Assembly (NCBI GenBank): GCA_016882285.1
Contig: VGQS01000001.1
Coordinates: 11,339-75,338, forward strand
Direction of reading: 5' to 3'
DNA from: Cyanobacteria bacterium K_DeepCast_35m_m2_155
Lineage (GTDB): Bacteria > Cyanobacteriota > Cyanobacteriia > PCC-6307 > Cyanobiaceae
Length of the DNA stretch: 64,000 nt
A program made the position numbers and the translations under genes. Below the pieces are notes generated by a model, which ran no database searches, was not told the DNA's origin, and was given only the letters and a program-made list of their open reading frames with translations. Below, piece by piece: positions 20,594-29,208 of this stretch; within the stretch, counting starts at the first letter, position 1, and each line of letters starts with the position of its first letter.

Positions 20594-21097
20594 TTGTCAA
20601 CACGGGTGGCTGTGGTGCTCAAACAGCGCGAGCAACTCGAGCAGCTGCAAGCGCTGCTGAGCCAAACCACACCGGCCTTGGCTCAGCTGGTGTGCATTGG
20701 CGACGGTGAAACACCGCTGGAGCGCGTCGATGCGCTCAACCCGGCCAGCAAGCGCAAGCTGCGGCAGCGGCGCATGGCCCTGTGGCTCATCCCCTTCGGC
20801 TTTGTGGCTGGGCTCACCTTCACGTACATCACCGACCTCGACACCTTTGCCTTCGCCGGTGCCTGGAGCCAGCACCTGCTCGGCGGTGTCGCCGGGATGC
20901 TGTCGGGCTGGATGGGCAGTTTTGCAGCTGCGGCCAGCGTCAGCTCAAGCGAGGACGACCGCCTGCGCAGCCTGCGCAACCGCCTCGATGAGGGCAACTG
21001 GCTGCTGCTGGCCGAGACGGTTGCCGGCGCCGAGATGCCCTGGAGCGTGCTGCAACAGGTGCGCCCGCTGGCTGTGGTGCGCCTGGGCGACGACTGA
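20594..21097 (+). CDS. hypothetical membrane protein
   Basis: 167-aa ORF with a TTG start. It has two predicted TM segments (LWLIPFGFVAGLTFTYI and LLGGVAGMLSGWMGSFAAAA). Its stop overlaps the next gene's start. Confidence 0.5.
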   Translation: MSTRVAVVLKQREQLEQLQALLSQTTPALAQLVCIGDGETPLERVDALNPASKRKLRQRRMALWLIPFGFVAGLTFTYITDLDTFAFAGAWSQHLLGGVAGMLSGWMGSFAAAASVSSSEDDRLRSLRNRLDEGNWLLLAETVAGAEMPWSVLQQVRPLAVVRLGDD

Positions 21098-21837
21098 TGC
21101 AGAGCAGCGCGTTATTGGCCCTGGCCGAAGCCGCCCAGCGCAGCTGGCAACCCCAATGGAGCGGCTTTCTCGATGGCGGCTCCCAGGAGCGTGCCATCGC
21201 AAGTCTGAGTCAACTCAGCGATCTGCGCCTGCAACGCTGGGGCGGCTTTGCCGGGGCCGAACGTCAGCGCCTGCTGCTCTGCCATGCCGGCGTTGAGCCA
21301 GAGAACACAGAACCAGACGATCTGGTCGGCCTGGAGCTGCTCGGCAACTTCCTGTTTGACCCGAGCGAACCCGACGAGTTCCGCCAGGCCCTGCACGACT
21401 GCGGCGTGGCGGCTGAGGCACTGGGCGATCTGTGGCTGCGTGGTGATCGCGGTGCCCAGGGCGTTGCCCTTGGCGTCAGCGTGCAACACCTCGATGGCAC
21501 AAGCCTCAACGTGCGCAGTGTCGAGACGCGCATACAGCTGCGACCGCTGGCGGAGCTGCAGCCCCCGCCCGCCCGTCAGCCGCGGCGCTTCAGCAGCGTC
21601 GAAGCTTCACTGAGACTCGATGCGGTGGGTTCGGCTGGCTTTGGCCTCTCGCGAAGCCGCATGGCTGCATTGATCCGCAGTGGAGCTGTGCGCATCAACT
21701 GGGAGCCGGCCAGCAGCCCAAGCAAGGAACTGCGCTGCGGCGATCGCGTGCAACTGCAGAACCGTGGCGAACTGGTGCTCGAGCAGGCCGAACTGACCCA
21801 GAAAAATCGCTGGCGCGTCGCCTTGGTGCGCCGCTGA
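21097..21837 (+). CDS. S4 RNA-binding domain protein (YlmH-like / photosystem II S4-domain protein family)
   Basis: 246-aa ORF. The C-terminal S4 motif is RLDAVGSAGFGLSRSRMAALIRSGAVRINWEPA...GDRVQL. Confidence 0.75.
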   Translation: MQSSALLALAEAAQRSWQPQWSGFLDGGSQERAIASLSQLSDLRLQRWGGFAGAERQRLLLCHAGVEPENTEPDDLVGLELLGNFLFDPSEPDEFRQALHDCGVAAEALGDLWLRGDRGAQGVALGVSVQHLDGTSLNVRSVETRIQLRPLAELQPPPARQPRRFSSVEASLRLDAVGSAGFGLSRSRMAALIRSGAVRINWEPASSPSKELRCGDRVQLQNRGELVLEQAELTQKNRWRVALVRR

Positions 21838-21913
21838 TCAAAGCGAGCGAGGCTGGGCGAGGCGCGCTGCTAGGTTGCGCCTGTCGGGTTGCTGCCCCGC
21901 AGCCATCCAGCCC

Positions 21914-21985
21914 GGGCGATTAGCTCAGAGGTAGAGCACTACCTTGACACGGTAGGAGTCACTGGTTCGATTCCAGTATCGCCCA
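21914..21985 (+). tRNA. tRNA-Val (anticodon GAC)
   Basis: Hand-folded cloverleaf. Acceptor GGGCGAT/ATCGCCC, D-arm GCTC..GAGC, anticodon arm CTACC-TTGACAC-GGTAG, T-arm ACTGG-TTCGATT-CCAGT, discriminator A. No encoded CCA. Confidence 0.9.
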
Positions 21986-21998
21986 TACGATTGTTCAG

Positions 21999-23402
21999 AT
22001 GCCCTCCAGCGCAACCGATCTGCAGCTTGTGATCGGGCTGGGGCGATCGGGCATCGGCGCCGCGCGCCTGCTGGCCGGCCAGGGCCATCCGGTCAAGCTG
22101 CTCGAAGCGCAGCGCAACGATGCGCTGGAGCGCCAAGCCAATGCGCTGCGAGCTGAAGGCATCGACGTCAGCCTCGGCGTCGAGCTCACGGCAGAAGCGC
22201 TCGATGCCCTTGACCTACGACCTGGCGCGGTGGTGGTGAGCCCCGGGATGCGCTGGGATCATCCGCTGCTGGTGGAGCTGCGGCAGCGGGGGGTCGCCGT
22301 GCACGGCGAGGTGGTTCCAGCCTGGCGTGCCAGCGGCGACGTGCCGTGGATCGGCATCACCGGAACCAATGGCAAGACCACGGTCACCCATCTGGTGCAC
22401 CACGTGCTGCAGCAGGGCGGACGCGATGCGCCCATGGGCGGCAATGTCGGCAACTCGGCGGCGGAACTGGTCTTGCAGCGCTGTCAGGGGCAGGGACCCA
22501 AGCCGCACTGGCTGGTCATGGAGCTGAGCAGCTATCAGATCGAAGCCGGCGCGGAGATCGCGCCGCGCATCGGCATCTGGACCACCCTCACCCCCGACCA
22601 TCTCGAGCGTCACGGCAGCGTCGCCGCCTACCGGGCCATCAAACGGGGCCTGCTGGAGCGCAGCAGCCTGCGCATCCTCAACGCCGATGACCTCGACCTG
22701 CAGGCCCACGCTGCCAGCTGGGATCAGGTGTTCTGGGTCAGCACCAAGACCCCTGAGCAGTGCGCAGCGGGGATCACCCCTTCGCTGTGGATCGAGGCAG
22801 GCCGCATCGTCATGCGGCAGCAGGGAGAAGCCATCGATCTGATGGATGCCCGCTGCCTCAACATGCCGGGCGAGCACAACCGCCAGAACATGCTGATGGC
22901 GGTGGCGGCAGGGCTGGCAGCAGGGCTGAGCGGCCTGCAGATGGAAGCGGCACTGGCCAGTTTCCCTGGGGTGCCGCATCGGCTCGAGCGGCTGCGGCAG
23001 GTTGACGGCATCACCTACTACAACGACAGCAAGGCAACCAACTACGACGCAGCCGAAGTTGCATTGCTGGCGCTTGAGGAGCCTGTAGTGGTCCTGGCCG
23101 GCGGCGAAGCAAAGATCGGTGATGCCAGCGCTTGGATCGCCGCCTTGCAACGCTGGAGCCGGGCTGTGGTGCTGTTTGGCTCAGCGCAGGAGACCTTTGA
23201 AGCGCTCCTGCGCGAAGCCCAGTACTCCGGCACCGTTGTGCGGGCCGCTGGGCTGAGTCAAGCGGTTCCTCTGGCAGCAGAAACGGCCCGGAGCGCAGGC
23301 TGCCGGGCCGTGCTGCTCTCACCGGCGTGTGCCAGCTTCGACCAGTACCGCAACTTTGAAGAACGGGGCGATCACTTTCGCGAGCTGGTCACAGCCCTGT
23401 AG
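21999..23402 (+). CDS. murD: UDP-N-acetylmuramoyl-L-alanine--D-glutamate ligase
   Basis: 467-aa ORF with VIGLGRSGIGAARLL, GITGTNGKTT and the Mur ligase C-terminal domain. Confidence 0.92.
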   Translation: MPSSATDLQLVIGLGRSGIGAARLLAGQGHPVKLLEAQRNDALERQANALRAEGIDVSLGVELTAEALDALDLRPGAVVVSPGMRWDHPLLVELRQRGVAVHGEVVPAWRASGDVPWIGITGTNGKTTVTHLVHHVLQQGGRDAPMGGNVGNSAAELVLQRCQGQGPKPHWLVMELSSYQIEAGAEIAPRIGIWTTLTPDHLERHGSVAAYRAIKRGLLERSSLRILNADDLDLQAHAASWDQVFWVSTKTPEQCAAGITPSLWIEAGRIVMRQQGEAIDLMDARCLNMPGEHNRQNMLMAVAAGLAAGLSGLQMEAALASFPGVPHRLERLRQVDGITYYNDSKATNYDAAEVALLALEEPVVVLAGGEAKIGDASAWIAALQRWSRAVVLFGSAQETFEALLREAQYSGTVVRAAGLSQAVPLAAETARSAGCRAVLLSPACASFDQYRNFEERGDHFRELVTAL

Positions 23403-23421
23403 CGACCCGGAGCAAGGCGTT

Positions 23422-24066
23422 TCAGCCCGCCTCGCTGAGACGCAGGTAGGCCGACGCAGCGATGCACAGCGCCAGAGGCGTGGTGACAAGCAACCCGAAG
23501 CCAAACGCCAGCGTGCCGACACCGGCAATGCAGCCGACCACGATCAGCAGAACGGCCACATCAAACCAATGCGGCGTGATCATGCGACGCGAGCCGGCCA
23601 TGGCATCGAGAAAGGACTGCTTGCGGTCCACCAGCCAAAAGGCAGCCAGCCAGTACCCAACTGACAGGTAAACGCCGGGCAGGCCAAAGGCCAAGAGCCC
23701 TGCCAGGACCGCGACAGCGGCAAACACGTGCAGTCCGAGCATGTTGAAGAGCTGCTGGGTTTCGCTGAACAGCTGGGCAAAGCGGAAGGTCTGGCCCCGC
23801 GCCGCCATCAAGGCGCCATTGACCAGAGCCAGGCTGCCGATCAGATGCACCAGCACCTTCAACACAGCCAAAGCCAGTGAGGAGACCAGCAGCGTCCAGG
23901 ACGGGGACTCGCTGGTGGCGATGGCCAGGGTCACCTCCTTGAGGGCCAGATAAAGGAGACCGGCCACCACCGAATAGACAACGGTGAAACCGATCAACAC
24001 CGCAGCATTGCGCCCGAAGGCCTTGCTGCCGCTCTGAATGATGGGTCCATACTGCATCGGCATCAA
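23422..24066 (-). CDS. polytopic membrane protein of unknown function (paralogue of 24653-25465)
   Basis: 214-aa ORF with about 5 TM segments. It shares motifs with the ORF at 24653-25465: AFGRNAAVLIGFTVV vs GFRRHAVVLVGFTVL, and GSRRMITPHWFDVAVLLIVVG vs SGRRATDPHWLQAAGLLLVVG. Confidence 0.6.
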   Translation of the reverse strand: MMPMQYGPIIQSGSKAFGRNAAVLIGFTVVYSVVAGLLYLALKEVTLAIATSESPSWTLLVSSLALAVLKVLVHLIGSLALVNGALMAARGQTFRFAQLFSETQQLFNMLGLHVFAAVAVLAGLLAFGLPGVYLSVGYWLAAFWLVDRKQSFLDAMAGSRRMITPHWFDVAVLLIVVGCIAGVGTLAFGFGLLVTTPLALCIAASAYLRLSEAG

Positions 24067-24188
24067 GCCTTAAAAATCAAGAGGAGCACGCTCATTGTGT
24101 TGATGAGGACTGGCTCGTCAACCTCTCAGTGTGCGGTTTGATACAGCCATTAGCATGGGTCTAGCAGGCAATCCTTCTGGCGACGCCC

Positions 24189-24650
24189 ATGGCCTACTGG
24201 CTGATGAAAAGTGAGCCCGAGGCCTACAGCATCGATGATCTCAAGCGCGAAGGCACAACACTCTGGGACGGCATTCGCAATTATCAGGCGCGCAATTTCA
24301 TGCGCACGATGGCGGCTGGCGACCGGGCCTTCTTCTACCACTCGAACGCAGCCCCTCCAGGAATTGTGGGGCTGATGGAGGTCTGCGAGATCAAGCTCGT
24401 TGATCCTTCGCAATTTGATCCTGAAAGCCATTACTTCGACCCGGCTTCAAGCACCGAGAAACCGCGCTGGGACTGCGCGAGGTTGCGCTATCTCGGTCAT
24501 TTTGCTGCGCTGCTCAGCCTTGATGCTTTGCGCCAGCAGTTCAGCGAAGACGAGTTGGCTGTGGTGCGGCGCGGCAATCGCCTCTCGATCCTGCCGGTGA
24601 GCGACGCCAGCGCGGCTCGCTTGCTGGAGCTCCTGGGCCCGCTCGTCTGA
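24189..24650 (+). CDS. EVE (PUA-like) domain protein
   Basis: 153-aa ORF. MAYWLMKSEPEAYSIDDLKREGTTLWDGIRNYQARNFMR...GDRAFFYHSN is the typical EVE-domain N-terminus. Confidence 0.85.
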   Translation: MAYWLMKSEPEAYSIDDLKREGTTLWDGIRNYQARNFMRTMAAGDRAFFYHSNAAPPGIVGLMEVCEIKLVDPSQFDPESHYFDPASSTEKPRWDCARLRYLGHFAALLSLDALRQQFSEDELAVVRRGNRLSILPVSDASAARLLELLGPLV

Positions 24651-24652
24651 CC

Positions 24653-25465
24653 ATGCCTGCGTTGCGGCCGATTGCCTCTGAACCGATTGCGATCCGCCGT
24701 GCTGTCGATGAGGGCTGGGCCGGCTTTCGGCGTCACGCCGTGGTGCTGGTTGGATTCACGGTGCTGCTGGGCGGGCTGAATCTGCTCAGCTGGCTGGCCT
24801 ACCGCGGCAGCGGCGGCCTGCTGGAGCGCGGGCTGCCGCAAGCATCAACACCTGCGCTGCTGCTGGCTGGGGCCTCCCTGGTGGCCTATCTATTCAGTGG
24901 CTTCTGGCTGTTGACCGGGCTCATTCGCGGGGCTGAGCGGGCCCTCGATGGCCAGCCCCCGAGCTTGAGGCGAGTGCTGCGCATCGATGCCAACAGCATG
25001 GCGAGACTGGCCTGGAGCCAGCTGCTGTTGCTGCTGCTGCTGGCGCTGACGCTGCAGGCCGGTGAAGCCAGCTCCTGGGTGATGGCGCTGCTGCTGCCCA
25101 GACTCACGCTGTTGCCAACGCTTGCCGCCTGGGGCGTGGTGATCTATGTGCTGGTGGATCAGGTGCTGCTGCTGCCGATCACCGTGCTGGCCAACCAGGC
25201 AGGGCTGAGGGCATTTCGCAGCGGCCGACGTGCCACAGATCCCCACTGGCTGCAGGCGGCAGGACTGCTGTTGGTGGTGGGCCTGATCCTGCTGGCTGGC
25301 TTTTTGTTGTTGGTGGGCCTGGCTGTGGCCCTGCCGTTTGCGTGTTGCACCTTGGTGGCTGCCTATCGGCAGGTGTTTGTTCTGCCGGCGCCTACGGCTC
25401 CTGGGTCCCCGAGGCCAGAAAGCTGCGCTGCCCAGGAAACAGGTTGGCCAGATAGCAACGGGTGA
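24653..25465 (+). CDS. polytopic membrane protein of unknown function (paralogue of 23422-24066)
   Basis: 270-aa ORF starting 3 nt after the EVE gene stop. TM-rich, with shared motifs listed under 23422-24066. Confidence 0.6.
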   Translation: MPALRPIASEPIAIRRAVDEGWAGFRRHAVVLVGFTVLLGGLNLLSWLAYRGSGGLLERGLPQASTPALLLAGASLVAYLFSGFWLLTGLIRGAERALDGQPPSLRRVLRIDANSMARLAWSQLLLLLLLALTLQAGEASSWVMALLLPRLTLLPTLAAWGVVIYVLVDQVLLLPITVLANQAGLRAFRSGRRATDPHWLQAAGLLLVVGLILLAGFLLLVGLAVALPFACCTLVAAYRQVFVLPAPTAPGSPRPESCAAQETGWPDSNG

Positions 25466-25688
25466 CGCCACGGCTTGAGCTGCCGTTCTGCACCAGGAAC
25501 CCTGCCAAAGCAGCCTGAACCAAGCGGTACTGGTCCCAGTTCGGGTGGCACTCGATGAAGGCCTGCATGGACGCCAGCAACCCTGCCGGCACGTCTGCCC
25601 TAAGGCTGACCACGCCGGCTTCAGCGGCATCAGGGCCTGGAAGCTCCTGCTCGGCGGCCGTGATCTCAGCGTCCAACTGTGTGCGCAT
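25392..25688 (-). CDS. DUF2811-like small protein
   Basis: ..MQAFIECHPNWDQYRLVQAALAGFLVQNG.. matches my recollection of the cyanobacterial DUF2811 signature. The ORF opens at 25727, but ATG 25688 is the more likely start. Confidence 0.6.
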   Translation of the reverse strand: MRTQLDAEITAAEQELPGPDAAEAGVVSLRADVPAGLLASMQAFIECHPNWDQYRLVQAALAGFLVQNGSSSRGVTRCYLANLFPGQRSFLASGTQEP

Positions 25689-26033
25689 GCACCTGCTCAA
25701 TTCGCTCAACACATGACAGTTCCCCACATCGCTGCCAAGACGTCAACCAAGCCGATCTGGAGCACAGGGCCAGCATTCCCAGGCTGAGACCCATGGCTGC
25801 TGCTGCTGCCTCAACAACCAGGCGGCCCCAGGCACTCTGAGCTATGCAGCGGCATCGTCTTGTCAAGCGATCGCCCGCTCGATCCGAGGCTCTCCCCAGG
25901 CACATGGCCAGCACTGCACGCTTCGCGGGCGGCCTGTGGAAAAACCGGGAAGAACGGGGCCGGGTTCTGGGGGAAACGCAAAACTCGACCCGTGATCAGC
26001 ACTGCTTATGTGCGCCAACCTCAGCGGGGTGTC

Positions 26034-26435
26034 TCATGCGGGATTGCCCATGGCCGCCGGCAACCGCAACGCCAACAAAGCGGCCGCAAACGCAGCACTC
26101 GCGTCCTGATCCCAGCCCCCTTCAACACCCCGTGCTGGGTGCATGGCCGCTGGCTGAGGCTCCAACACAAACCGCAGCGACCAGCGCTCGGCAAAGCCGT
26201 TGAGTTGCAACCACAACCCAGAACTGGCGTGCTCGAGTTCAAGGGTCTCCTCAGGCATCAGCACCGCAGCGATGGCGGCACATTGCTCGATCAGGCAACG
26301 CACCCCGGCCTGGAGCTGAGCGGCTTCTGCGGCGGTCAGTTCAACCGCCCAGTCAGGCCCGCCAACAAGCACGACAAAGGGCTGACGCTGCGGATCCATC
26401 CGCAAACGCCAGCCCTGACCAGCCTGAATCTCCAA
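26034..26435 (-). CDS. DUF1818-like protein
   Basis: The N-terminal ..IQAGQGWRLRMDP.. and the position directly after rpoZ fit cyanobacterial DUF1818. The start is probably TTG 26435, 1 nt after the rpoZ stop. The ORF extends to 26483. Confidence 0.6.
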   Translation of the reverse strand: MEIQAGQGWRLRMDPQRQPFVVLVGGPDWAVELTAAEAAQLQAGVRCLIEQCAAIAAVLMPEETLELEHASSGLWLQLNGFAERWSLRFVLEPQPAAMHPARGVEGGWDQDASAAFAAALLALRLPAAMGNPA

Positions 26436-26436
26436 C

Positions 26437-26667
26437 TCAGCCGGGCAGCAGGTCCGGTTGATCCTGCTCGTCGCTGAGCTCAATGATCGCCCGCTGCACG
26501 GGCTTGATCATGGCGTCATCGAGCAGTCCGTCGAAATCGTCAAAGCGGCGCTGTTTGGCGCGATAGGCGATCCGCACCGTGGTCAGGTAACGGTTGCTGG
26601 CATGCCGAATCAAGCTCTCGCCGCGCTGGGCCAGTTCCTTGGCGTTGATGTCGATGCCGCTGTACAT
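26437..26667 (-). CDS. rpoZ: DNA-directed RNA polymerase subunit omega
   Basis: 76-aa ORF containing ..[21 protein letters not shown]...[10 protein letters not shown]... Confidence 0.9.
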   Translation of the reverse strand: MYSGIDINAKELAQRGESLIRHASNRYLTTVRIAYRAKQRRFDDFDGLLDDAMIKPVQRAIIELSDEQDQPDLLPG

Positions 26668-26730
26668 GAAGACTCCTGAATGCCACGACTTTAGGTCAGC
26701 CCTCCCTGCAGCCCGCTAGAAGGGTCAGCC

Positions 26731-28290
26731 ATGGCGGGCACCGTCGCGATCGACCTGGGCAGCAGCAGCACCGTGGTGGCTTTTCAAGCCCCAGGTGAGG
26801 CACCCAGGCTGCTGGCCTTGCCCCCCTACAGCCTCGAACCCGAGGCTGTGGTTCCAACGTTGCTGTGGTTGGCCTCGCCTGAGGCCAGCACGGCCTTGAT
26901 CGGCCGCCAGGTGATCGACGCCAACCTGGCTGATCACCAGGGCCCTGAATTGCAGCGCGATTTCAAACGCCTGATCGGCCAGAAGCCAACTCCTCTTGAC
27001 CAGAGTCCTGGCTTGCCATTGAGCCCAGAACAAGCCGGTGAGCGCCTGTTGCGCCAGCTCTGGAGCGCGCTACCCCAGGGCATCCACCCCGAGCGGCTGG
27101 TGCTGACAGCACCCATCGATGGCTACGGCGGTTACCGGGGTTGGCTGCTGCAGCTGGCCAGCGCTTTCAACGTCGAGGAGGTGGCGCTGGTCGATGAACC
27201 CACGGCAGCCGCCATCGGTTGCGCCCTGCCCCCCGGCAGCACGGTGTTGGTCATCGATCTGGGGGGAGGCACCTGCGATCTCTCGCTGGTCCAGCTGGAA
27301 GGCGGCGAGGGCAAGGCCGCGCCGATCGCCCAGTTGCTGCGCCTGCGCGGCCAGACCCTGAACACCAGCCGGCAGCAGCTGCGCTGCGCCAAGGTCATGG
27401 GCAAGGCGGGGCTGGCGATCGGGGGCCGCGATATCGATCGCTGGATCGCGGCGGCCGTGCTGCCGCAGATGCCCATCGATGCAACCCTGCTGCAGGCCGC
27501 TGAGCGACTCAAATGCCAACTCAGCGAGCAACCGCTGGCTCGCAGCCTCTACAGCCATGGTGATGGCCGCGTCCATGACTTGCAGCTCAGTGAGGCTGGT
27601 CTCACAGAAGTGCTCGAACAACAGGGGTTGTTCAACGCTCTTGATGGCTTGCTTGAGGCCGTGCTTGCCCAGGGCCGCCAGGCCGGCGTCACGCTCGAGC
27701 AGATCGATGCCGTTGTGCCCGTGGGCGGCACAAGCCGTCTGGCCTCGATCCAGCGCTGGCTGGGCGCACGAGTCGGCAGCAGGCCGATTTGCAACCAACG
27801 ACCGATCGAGGCGGTAGCCCTTGGGGCTCTGGCGCTGACGCCGGGTGTGCGGGTGCGCGATGTGCTGAGCCGTGGGGTGGCCGTGCGCTGCTGGGACCGC
27901 CGCAGCGCAGGCCACCGCTGGCATCCGCTTTATGTCGGTGGCCAGGCCTGGCCTACCGAACAGCCGCTTGAGCTGATCCTGGCGTGCAGCCGCGACGGCC
28001 AGGAGGCGATTGAGATCGTTCTGGGCGAGCCGCTGCAGCAGCAACGCGCCGAGGTGGTGTACCGAGATGGGCTGCCGCAGCTGCAGCAACGCTCGAGCCT
28101 TGCTCAAGAGGTCACGCCGTGGCCCAAGCCAGCGCTGACCCTGCCCCTGCAGCCACCGGGCGCAGCAGGCGAAGACCGTCTGCGCCTGCAGTTCAGCATC
28201 GATGAGCGCTGCGAGTTGATCCTGCGCGTTGAAGACCTGCGCCAGGAGGGTGTTTGCGGGAATGCCCATCGCCTCGGCAGGTTGCGCTGA
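26731..28290 (+). CDS. Hsp70-family (DnaK-like) ATPase, non-canonical short form
   Basis: 519-aa ORF. Actin-fold phosphate-1 motif VAIDLGSSSTVVAF, VDEPTAAAIG, VIDLGGGTCDLSLV and VPVGGTSRL. It lacks the canonical DnaK C-terminal lid and EEVD end. Confidence 0.8.
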   Translation: MAGTVAIDLGSSSTVVAFQAPGEAPRLLALPPYSLEPEAVVPTLLWLASPEASTALIGRQVIDANLADHQGPELQRDFKRLIGQKPTPLDQSPGLPLSPEQAGERLLRQLWSALPQGIHPERLVLTAPIDGYGGYRGWLLQLASAFNVEEVALVDEPTAAAIGCALPPGSTVLVIDLGGGTCDLSLVQLEGGEGKAAPIAQLLRLRGQTLNTSRQQLRCAKVMGKAGLAIGGRDIDRWIAAAVLPQMPIDATLLQAAERLKCQLSEQPLARSLYSHGDGRVHDLQLSEAGLTEVLEQQGLFNALDGLLEAVLAQGRQAGVTLEQIDAVVPVGGTSRLASIQRWLGARVGSRPICNQRPIEAVALGALALTPGVRVRDVLSRGVAVRCWDRRSAGHRWHPLYVGGQAWPTEQPLELILACSRDGQEAIEIVLGEPLQQQRAEVVYRDGLPQLQQRSSLAQEVTPWPKPALTLPLQPPGAAGEDRLRLQFSIDERCELILRVEDLRQEGVCGNAHRLGRLR

Positions 28291-28338
28291 GCGCTGCCGT
28301 TGCTGCGATAAAACAGGGTTTCCATTGCCGCTTTCGCC

Positions 28339-29166
28339 TTGGCCCTGCGCCAGCACAGGCTGCCCCGGTTCTGGCTTGGCCTCACCCTTGGCCTGGTGCT
28401 GAGCACTCTGGCGGCCACGTATGTGTGGGAGCGGCAGCTGCCAGGCCGGCTGCGCGAGGCCGTTGAACGGGGTGATCTCGATGCCTGCCTGCGCTACAGC
28501 GATCAGCTCGCGGCACTGAGCTGGCTGGGGGGTGAAACGCCCGTGGAGCAGGCGCGCTGCCGCAGGCTCAAAGCCAGGCAGCTGTGGCAACAGCAGCAGT
28601 GGTCTGGGGCCCTGAGCCTGCAGCTGCAGCTGATCAATTCAGAGGCTGCAACCACGGCCGACCGATTGCAGCTGCAGAGCTGGGAAGACGAACTGGAGCA
28701 GCTGGCGCTGCGGCGCTTCTACCAGGGCGATCTCAACGGCGCGCTGCAACTGCTCGAGCCGATTGGCGAAAACCACAAGCAGGGCGGCAACAGCCTGGGC
28801 GACAACTTCCGCGAGGTGTGGGCCAGCAACCGCTACCAGCTGGAGCGAGCCCGCAAGCTGAGCCAACAGAAGCGCTGGTGGGAAGCCATCGACGCCCTCA
28901 ATCGCATCGACCACCCCTGGTGGAAGCAACAGAGCCAGGAGCTCCGGGGCAACGTTGAAACCGGCATCAACGCACTCGAGAACAAGCACCGCGAACGCGA
29001 CAGCCACGGCTCCTTGCCCCACACCGTGCCAGCGCAGCAACTCGATGCCCTGGTGCAACAGCGCATCGCCCAGGGCCAGGACGAATGGACCGCCTTTCAG
29101 GGGGCCTGCCGATCCCTTGGCGGCCGGGTGATCGAAGCCGGACCAGAAACGGCCTGCCAACGCTGA
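28339..29166 (+). CDS. hypothetical membrane-anchored, Gln/Trp-rich helical protein
   Basis: 275-aa ORF with an N-terminal TM anchor (FWLGLTLGLVLSTLAATYVW). It follows the Hsp70-like gene by 48 nt. No family recognised. Confidence 0.5.
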   Translation: MALRQHRLPRFWLGLTLGLVLSTLAATYVWERQLPGRLREAVERGDLDACLRYSDQLAALSWLGGETPVEQARCRRLKARQLWQQQQWSGALSLQLQLINSEAATTADRLQLQSWEDELEQLALRRFYQGDLNGALQLLEPIGENHKQGGNSLGDNFREVWASNRYQLERARKLSQQKRWWEAIDALNRIDHPWWKQQSQELRGNVETGINALENKHRERDSHGSLPHTVPAQQLDALVQQRIAQGQDEWTAFQGACRSLGGRVIEAGPETACQR

Positions 29167-29208
29167 GGCGAACATGACAAGATTGCGGCGCAGCAGACGC
29201 CGCCGATC

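Noticed and set aside
25021-25050. CTG/CTG-rich simple repeat (gctgctgttgctgctgctgctggcgctgac).
   Set aside because: It is in frame within the membrane-protein ORF and encodes a poly-Leu transmembrane stretch (LLLLLLLAL). It is not a tandem-repeat element.
25811-26002. 63-aa minus-strand ORF (with overlapping ORFs 25844-26203 and 25860-26477 on the plus strand) in the large intergenic gap.
   Set aside because: Its third codon positions are noticeably less G/C-biased than in neighbouring genes. There are no motifs, the ORFs are mutually overlapping, and the plus-strand ones run antisense into the DUF1818-like gene.
27070-28590. 506-aa minus-strand ORF antisense to the Hsp70-like gene and the start of the next gene.
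   Set aside because: Shadow ORF. It crosses an intergenic spacer, has no motifs, and the opposite strand carries clear Hsp70 ATPase motifs.
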